Program-made: the position numbers and the translations under genes
The notes under the pieces: model-generated
Databases searched by the model: none
Told to the model about the DNA's origin: nothing
What the model saw: the letters and a program-made list of their open reading frames with translations, nothing else
Part shown: positions 15,632 through 20,696 of the stretch, piece after piece
How positions within the stretch are numbered: the stretch's first letter is position 1
Layout: every line of letters begins with the position of its first letter
Source of the DNA: a virus
Reading direction: 5' to 3' (one strand)
UHGV virus genome: UHGV-0115176
Length of the DNA: 20,696 bases

Positions 15632-15651
15632 AATGCCCCTGCGGGGGCATT
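15632..15651 (+). other. Intercistronic hairpin between yfdQ and yfdR (weak terminator or attenuator candidate)
   Basis: AATGCCCC-TGCG-GGGGCATT (perfect 8-bp stem, tetraloop) followed by a short U-tract (TTAT). Confidence 0.3.
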
Positions 15652-15746
15652 TATGGAAACGTAATTAACTCAATAATCGCCGGATGGTGCGGGATTCCTT
15701 TTACCCGAATTCAGCGCGGTGCAGCGCATATAAAGTGGAGAACGAA

Positions 15747-16283
15747 ATGTCATTTATTAAAACTTTTTCCGGGAAGCATTTTTATTATGACAAGATAAAT
15801 AAAGACGACATCGTGATTAACGATATCGCGGTTTCCCTTTCAAATATCTGTCGCTTTGCAGGACATCTTTCACACTTCTACAGTGTCGCCCAGCATGCGG
15901 TGCTTTGCAGCCAGCTGGTGCCGCAGGAATTTGCTTTTGAAGCGTTAATGCATGATGCAACAGAAGCGTATTGCCAGGATATTCCCGCTCCACTGAAACG
16001 CCTTCTTCCTGACTATAAACGGATGGAAGAAAAAATAGACGCCGTAATCCGTGAGAAATACGGGTTACCCCCGGTTATGAGCACGCCTGTGAAATATGCC
16101 GATCTCATCATGCTGGCAACCGAACGCCGCGATCTCGGGCTTGATGATGGCTCTTTCTGGCCAGTACTGGAAGGTATCCCGGCAACAGAAATGTTCAAAG
16201 TTATTCCACTGGCTCCGAGCCATGCCTACGGGATGTTTATGGAACGTTTTAACGAGTTATCGGAGTTACGCAAATGCGCATGA
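15747..16283 (+). CDS. yfdR: HD-domain phosphohydrolase (YfdR-type 5'-deoxynucleotidase)
   Basis: 178 aa from the ATG at 15747 (MSFIKTFSGKHFYYDKINKDDIVINDIAVSLSNICRFAGHL...EALMHDATEAYCQDIP...), with HD-type His/Asp metal-ligand motifs; GGAG SD upstream. The ORF-track start at 15684 is an upstream extension. Confidence 0.8.
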   Translation: MSFIKTFSGKHFYYDKINKDDIVINDIAVSLSNICRFAGHLSHFYSVAQHAVLCSQLVPQEFAFEALMHDATEAYCQDIPAPLKRLLPDYKRMEEKIDAVIREKYGLPPVMSTPVKYADLIMLATERRDLGLDDGSFWPVLEGIPATEMFKVIPLAPSHAYGMFMERFNELSELRKCA

Positions 16284-16636
16284 ATGTTTTCGAAATGGAA
16301 GGGTTTCTTCGCGGGAAATGTGTACCACGAGATCTGAAAGTGAATGAAACAAATGCTGAGTACCTGGTACGTAAATTCGATGCGCTTGAAGCTAAATGTG
16401 CGGCACTGGAAAACAAAATAATACCAGTGTCAGCTGAACTGCCGCCAGCAAATGAAAGTGTTCTGTTATTTGATGCTAACGGAGAAGGCTGGCTAATTGG
16501 CTGGCGTTCTCTCTGGTACACCTGGGGACAAAAAGAAACCGGAGAATGGCTGTGGACATTTCAGGTCGGGGACCTTGAAAACGTCAATATCACTCACTGG
16601 GCAGTAATGCCGAAAGCACCGAAGAATAAAAAATGA
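16274..16636 (+). CDS. yfdS: YfdS-like DUF551 protein
   Basis: 120 aa, MRMNVFEMEGFLRGKCVPRDLKVNETNAEYLVRKFDALEAK...ITHWAVMPKAPKNKK; overlaps the yfdR end by 10 nt. Confidence 0.7.
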   Translation: MRMNVFEMEGFLRGKCVPRDLKVNETNAEYLVRKFDALEAKCAALENKIIPVSAELPPANESVLLFDANGEGWLIGWRSLWYTWGQKETGEWLWTFQVGDLENVNITHWAVMPKAPKNKK

Positions 16637-16836
16637 GCGTGATAAAAACTCATACAGGAATTGTTATCACCCGAGACGGTCCGCAGGTAAAAAAACTGCA
16701 CCAGACAAAGCGGATGTGGGTCGTCGGAAAAAACGAGTTTTACCACAAAGAAACCGGACGCCGCCACTTTGCAGAAAATACTCGCCGCCGACTGCTGATC
16801 GATACCATCAAGCCTATCGAGGTGAAGCATGTTTAA
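16633..16836 (+). CDS. Hypothetical basic small protein (67 aa)
   Basis: ATG at 16633 overlaps the yfdS stop (ATGA). Confidence 0.55.
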   Translation: MSVIKTHTGIVITRDGPQVKKLHQTKRMWVVGKNEFYHKETGRRHFAENTRRRLLIDTIKPIEVKHV

Positions 16837-17068
16837 ACAGAACGAAAAATCTATCGCTCAAATTGCTGAGTATATCCCGCGTGCGTGCCGGGGTATGCAG
16901 TTGCAGGAAGCCAAAGCACGCCTGGAGAAAAAAATTGCGCTCTATATCGATGACGGCTGTGATACTGCCGTTCTTAACGCGGCGTTCGCGCCAGCTCTTA
17001 ACAGTCATACGCGAAAGTCTTTTTTTTCGTGCATCGCAGCGCAGATCCGTAAAGGAGGCAACCAGTGA
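16829..17068 (+). CDS. Hypothetical protein (79 aa)
   Basis: ATG at 16829 with GAGGTG SD; overlaps neighbours at both ends. Confidence 0.55.
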   Translation: MFKQNEKSIAQIAEYIPRACRGMQLQEAKARLEKKIALYIDDGCDTAVLNAAFAPALNSHTRKSFFSCIAAQIRKGGNQ

Positions 17069-17601
17069 GCAACATTAACTATCAGGTACTGCGTGAGGCG
17101 GCAGAACGTGCAATTCCAGCAATGGAACGCCTGTTAATGTTGCCAGCTGATGATGATTTGTTAAGTGAACAGGAACTTAAAGATTACGGTGTGGATATTG
17201 ATGCGCTCAATGCCTTCAAATTTCTGACCGGACCAGAAACCGTGCTGGCACTACTGGATGAACGGGAAAGAAACCAGCAATACATCAAACGCCGCGACCA
17301 GGAGAACGAGGATATTGCGCTTACGGTTGGGAAGCTGCGCGTTGAGCTTGAAGCAGCAAAATCAAAACTCAACGAGCAGCGCGAGTATTACGAGGGAGTT
17401 ATCTCTGATGGGTGCAAGCGTATTGCTGAACTGGAAGCGCGGGAAGTTCAATTACCGACTCGCTACGACCTTCGATATGGACACCCGATAAATGCAGATG
17501 AGCGACAAGTCATGATACCTAAAGAAAATGGCAGTTGGCTTTACCTGATTGACCTAGAACACGCATTACGCGTCGCTGACATTCGCATCAAAGGAGAGTG
17601 A
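17065..17601 (+). CDS. Ead/Ea22-like early protein (GTG start)
   Basis: 178 aa; start codon is GTG at 17065-17067 preceded by AAAGGAGG 6 nt upstream and overlapping the upstream stop (GTGA); central coiled-coil-like segment; the MSNINYQ... N-terminus resembles Ea22-type proteins of lambdoid phages as I recall them. Confidence 0.6.
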   Translation: MSNINYQVLREAAERAIPAMERLLMLPADDDLLSEQELKDYGVDIDALNAFKFLTGPETVLALLDERERNQQYIKRRDQENEDIALTVGKLRVELEAAKSKLNEQREYYEGVISDGCKRIAELEAREVQLPTRYDLRYGHPINADERQVMIPKENGSWLYLIDLEHALRVADIRIKGE

Positions 17602-17602
17602 T

Positions 17603-17866
17603 ATGGCAACTTTGACAAAAAAAGAACAAGCATGGTTGAGCGAATTACAGGACGTTCTTGATCGCTGCCCATCACCGAAAAAAATTGGTTTTTACACCAT
17701 TGGCGATAAAAGCATTTACCTGTATGACCTGCGCCGCATGGATGAAATCATGGAGGCTCTTGATAATCGTTCGTCAATGGATTGGTGTGTTGCTGTTCAT
17801 GATATGAATGCCGGATTTGATGAAAAGATTTTATTCCCCTCATCAGTTGAAAGTACAGCAGGATAA
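17603..17866 (+). CDS. Hypothetical protein (87 aa)
   Basis: ATG at 17603 with AAGGAG SD. Confidence 0.55.
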   Translation: MATLTKKEQAWLSELQDVLDRCPSPKKIGFYTIGDKSIYLYDLRRMDEIMEALDNRSSMDWCVAVHDMNAGFDEKILFPSSVESTAG

Positions 17867-17876
17867 GGACTAACAC

Positions 17877-18638
17877 ATGACCACTATTACCAAAGAGCGA
17901 CTGCTGACAATCAGGCAGTGGCGCGAAACATACGGACCTGGTAGCAACGTTGTACTGCCAGCAGAAGAAGCGGAAGAACTGGCACGAATTGCTCTGGCAT
18001 CGCTGGAAGCAGAGCCGATAGGTTTCCGTTGCAGGCGCAATGATAACCTTGGTGATTGGAGTTACGTATATCATCGAGAGCCAGATGATTTTGAGCGCAA
18101 ACATTTAGTGATAGAGGGCATTTACGCCGCCCCTCCAGCACCGGTAGTGCCTGAAGAAGCAACTCCGGAAAACGTAGAAATGCTCTCTGGCTATGTTTCA
18201 ACGTACAAATTAACCGATAGCGAGCGCGATATTGCTGCCGAAATATGGAACGCCTGCCGCGCCGCCATGCTTCAGTCCGGAAACTTTCGGGAAAACAAGA
18301 ATTCGTCAACCAATAATTTTCGGGAAATCGCGGAAACGTCAACCAACTATCCGGCAATTCCTAGTGAGGTGTTGTCCGCAATCCTGAAGGTTGCCAGGAT
18401 TCGTGCCGATTTCGATGATTTTGACGGTGACAGGCGAGGTATCGGTGATTGTCTGGATGAGGCTGAGCAAGAGCTTATCGTTACCATTAACAAATATGCC
18501 AGTCAGTTGGCAGCAGAACCTATAGCGCCTAATGACGTTCGAGAGCAGACAGCCATTCCACAAGTTCCGGTAACTCCGGATGGTTGGATAAGCTGTAGTG
18601 AGCGAATGCCGGACGACAGGCAGGAGGTGAATCAATGA
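17877..18638 (+). CDS. Hypothetical acidic protein (253 aa)
   Basis: ATG at 17877 with AAGGA SD; the C-terminal ...PDGWISCSERMPDD resembles the beginning of DUF551-type domains but the frame stops 9 codons later. Confidence 0.6.
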   Translation: MTTITKERLLTIRQWRETYGPGSNVVLPAEEAEELARIALASLEAEPIGFRCRRNDNLGDWSYVYHREPDDFERKHLVIEGIYAAPPAPVVPEEATPENVEMLSGYVSTYKLTDSERDIAAEIWNACRAAMLQSGNFRENKNSSTNNFREIAETSTNYPAIPSEVLSAILKVARIRADFDDFDGDRRGIGDCLDEAEQELIVTINKYASQLAAEPIAPNDVREQTAIPQVPVTPDGWISCSERMPDDRQEVNQ

Positions 18639-18718
18639 GCTGGCCTGATGCAATCGTAACTCTGGGGGTGGTCTTCGCAGCAGCGTTTGTTGTGTTCTCG
18701 ATTTGTCGATGGGGATAA
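18635..18718 (+). CDS. Possible small hydrophobic peptide (27 aa, single TM helix)
   Basis: Hand translation MSWPDAIVTLGVVFAAAFVVFSICRWG; ATG at 18635-18637 overlaps the upstream TGA (ATGA) and is preceded by AGGAGGTGA; below the ORF-track cutoff. Confidence 0.35.
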   Translation: MSWPDAIVTLGVVFAAAFVVFSICRWG

Positions 18719-18722
18719 CCAC

Positions 18723-18965
18723 ATGTTCGCTTTGATTCAACGCGGTCAGATATACACGGACAGAGCTGGATACCCCGTGGTGATTACTCGCATCACTGAG
18801 CACTCAGTGTTCTTTCGACGGATGGACGGACGATCCGGGCGGGTACGCATTGGTGAGTTAAACTGCCTGTTCGAACATATTGACCACCAGGAGTACCGCA
18901 AAATTCTCGCGGACACTGAGCAGGAAAAGCACCTGAAAAAATTACGAGCCATGAAAAGGAAGTAA
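18723..18965 (+). CDS. Small hypothetical protein (80 aa; DUF4222-like, tentative)
   Basis: Internal ATG at 18723 of ORF 18687..18965 (MFALIQRGQIYTDRAGYPVVITRITEHSVFFRRMDGRSGRVRIGELN...). Confidence 0.55.
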   Translation: MFALIQRGQIYTDRAGYPVVITRITEHSVFFRRMDGRSGRVRIGELNCLFEHIDHQEYRKILADTEQEKHLKKLRAMKRK

Positions 18966-18968
18966 ACA

Positions 18969-19103
18969 ATGAATAAAGCATTTGAACGATGGGTCCACCA
19001 GCGTTACGGCAATCGCTATGATCTGACGCGAGATGTTGACGGTTTCTACTGTCGTGAAGTTGTGAAGCGAATGTTTGAAGTGTGGTGCCACTGCCGTGGA
19101 TGA
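18969..19103 (+). CDS. Possible small Cys-containing ORF (44 aa)
   Basis: Hand translation MNKAFERWVHQRYGNRYDLTRDVDGFYCREVVKRMFEVWCHCRG; starts 3 nt after the upstream stop. Confidence 0.3.
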   Translation: MNKAFERWVHQRYGNRYDLTRDVDGFYCREVVKRMFEVWCHCRG

Positions 19104-19121
19104 AAGTTTTATGAGGTTGGC

Positions 19122-19376
19122 ATGCAGACAATCATCTATCAGATAACCCCCAGCAAATGGTGTACGGAGAGAGTCCTTATTGCATCAACAGGGCTAAAGC
19201 CTGGCACCATTGAGCGGGCAAGAAGAAAGTCATGGATGCAGGGAAAAGAATACCGCCATTACGCTGTAGAAGGTGATCCGGGGCACTACAGTGAATGCCT
19301 GTACAACATCGAAGAAATTATGCGATGGATCGAAAACCAGAAACAACCAGGTGCCAAAAATGCAAGTTCCGGTTAA
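19122..19376 (+). CDS. xis: Excisionase-like DNA-binding protein (Xis)
   Basis: 84 aa immediately upstream of the integrase on the same strand; W...G(K/R)EY pattern reminiscent of lambda-type Xis; GAGG SD. Confidence 0.6.
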   Translation: MQTIIYQITPSKWCTERVLIASTGLKPGTIERARRKSWMQGKEYRHYAVEGDPGHYSECLYNIEEIMRWIENQKQPGAKNASSG

Positions 19377-19409
19377 CCTGTTAATGCTCCTGGACGTCTG
19401 GGAGGTTTA

Positions 19410-20696
19410 ATGAGTAACGCATCATACCCGACAGGCGTTGAAAACCATGGAGGATCACTCCGTATATGGTTTCACTATAATGGCAAACGTGTCAGAGAAA
19501 ACCTCGGTGTTCCTGACACAGCCAAAAACCGGAAGATCGCTGGTGAACTTCGCACTTCCGTTTGTTTTGCAATCAGAATGGGGAGTTTCGACTACGCCGC
19601 GCAGTTCCCTAATTCCCCTAACCTGAAACACTTTGGTCTGGGAAAAAGAGAGATAACCGTTAAGGCACTTTCGGAAAAATGGTTGGACCTTAAGAAAATT
19701 GAGATTTGTGCGAATGCACTTAACCGTTACCAGTCAGTAATTAAAAACATGTTACCAATGTTAGGTGAAAAAAAACTGGTTTCATCCATAACAAAAGAGG
19801 ATTTACTTTTCGTAAGGAGAGATTTGTTGACCGGTTACCAAAAGCTTTCTAATGGAAAGACTTCTTCCATAAAAGGGCGCTCAGTGGTCACGGTAAACTA
19901 CTATATGACAACCATAGCTGGAATGTTTCAATTTGCAACAGATAATGGTTATACCTCAGGAAACCCATTTAACGGTCTGGCTCCCTTAAAAAAGTCCAAG
20001 GTAAAACCAGATCCTCTCACCCGTGACGAATTTATTCGTTTTATTGAGGCTTGCCGTCATCAACAAACAAAAAACCTGTGGATTCTCGCTGTATACACGG
20101 GTATTCGTCACGGGGAGTTGGTATCGCTGGCATGGGAAGATATAGACCTTAAAGCAAGGACTATAACCATCCGTAGAAATTATACAAAACTTGGCGAATT
20201 CACTCCACCAAAAACCGATGCAGGCACCGGAAGGACAATTCATCTGGTTCAACCAGCTATTGATGCTCTTAAAAGCCAGGCGGAAATGACCATGCTTGGA
20301 AAGCAACATTCTGTAGAGGTGAAGCAGAGGGAATATGGGAGAACTGCTGTGCATAAATGCACTTTTGTTTTTAGTCCTCAGGTAACAAAACAGCAGCAGT
20401 TGTCCGGACCTCACTACAAGGTTGACTCCATCAGGGAGTCATGGACAAGTATCTTAAAACGCGCAGGTCTGAGACACAGAAAATCGTACCAATCCAGGCA
20501 TACTTATGCATGCTGGTCACTTGCCGCAGGAGCTAATCCTAGTTTTATCGCAAGCCAGATGGGCCACACAAACGCACAAATGGTATTCAATGTTTACGGA
20601 GCATGGATGAAAGACAACAATCACGAACAGATAGAACTCCTTAACAAAAGACTATCTGAAAGTGTCCCATGTATGCCCCATAAGAAAGTTGGGTAA
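19410..20696 (+). CDS. int: Tyrosine-type site-specific integrase
   Basis: 428 aa; arm-binding-type N-terminus, catalytic-type residues in ...TGIRHGELVSLAWEDID..., ...SRHTYACWSLAAG... (HxxR) and ...VYGAW... (Tyr); stop at the last bases of the window. AT-rich relative to neighbours. Confidence 0.9.
   Translation: MSNASYPTGVENHGGSLRIWFHYNGKRVRENLGVPDTAKNRKIAGELRTSVCFAIRMGSFDYAAQFPNSPNLKHFGLGKREITVKALSEKWLDLKKIEICANALNRYQSVIKNMLPMLGEKKLVSSITKEDLLFVRRDLLTGYQKLSNGKTSSIKGRSVVTVNYYMTTIAGMFQFATDNGYTSGNPFNGLAPLKKSKVKPDPLTRDEFIRFIEACRHQQTKNLWILAVYTGIRHGELVSLAWEDIDLKARTITIRRNYTKLGEFTPPKTDAGTGRTIHLVQPAIDALKSQAEMTMLGKQHSVEVKQREYGRTAVHKCTFVFSPQVTKQQQLSGPHYKVDSIRESWTSILKRAGLRHRKSYQSRHTYACWSLAAGANPSFIASQMGHTNAQMVFNVYGAWMKDNNHEQIELLNKRLSESVPCMPHKKVG

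Noticed and set aside
17877-18718. Frameshifted DUF551 gene spanning ORF 17877..18638 and the downstream small ORF
   Set aside because: Only the last ~10 residues resemble a DUF551 start; the downstream frame encodes a hydrophobic helix, not a DUF551 continuation, so a simple frameshift is not supported.
954-20414. Numerous opposite-strand or alternate-frame ORFs in the track (e.g. 954..1172, 2004..2204, 8653..9102, 9118..9852, 9998..10393, 11343..11645, 17911..18357, 18339..18803, 19986..20414)
   Set aside because: Each lies largely inside a stronger, family-recognisable gene on the other strand or frame, with low-complexity translations and no SD-linked start; treated as shadow ORFs.

Overview
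This window reads as a mosaic lambdoid prophage segment of enterobacterial (E. coli-like) type, with no obviously novel multi-gene system but several unexplained features. All calls are from reading the sequence and the ORF track by eye; no database search or folding was run, so family names are recollection-based and noncoding coordinates are approximate to a few bases. Minus strand, right to left: a cro-like gene (12858), a CII/YdaT-like regulator, a Rha-family ORF with an unusual 5' extension, a replication module (HTH initiator with five embedded iterons plus a TOPRIM/P-loop primase-helicase), a reduced nin region (ninB-ninE-ninF-ninG-ninI, near-identical to lambda), a Q-type antiterminator with candidate pR'/tR', a P21-type lysis cassette (dual-start holin, SAR endolysin, Rz/Rz1), a KilA-N gene, and the 5' part of a small-terminase gene running off the left edge. 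Plus strand: a cI-like S24 repressor, its terminator, a consensus pL-like promoter, a ~0.67 kb apparently untranslated leader with an internal intrinsic terminator, a yfdP-yfdQ-yfdR-yfdS-like early module, small hypothetical genes, an excisionase and a tyrosine integrase ending at the right edge. Two paralogous HNH-AP2 homing-endonuclease genes, each with its own downstream terminator, sit at module junctions. No N-like gene, tRNA, rRNA, CRISPR array or IS element was seen. The most interesting open points are the long pL leader, the shared pR/pL operator, the ori-like iterons and the extended Rha ORF.
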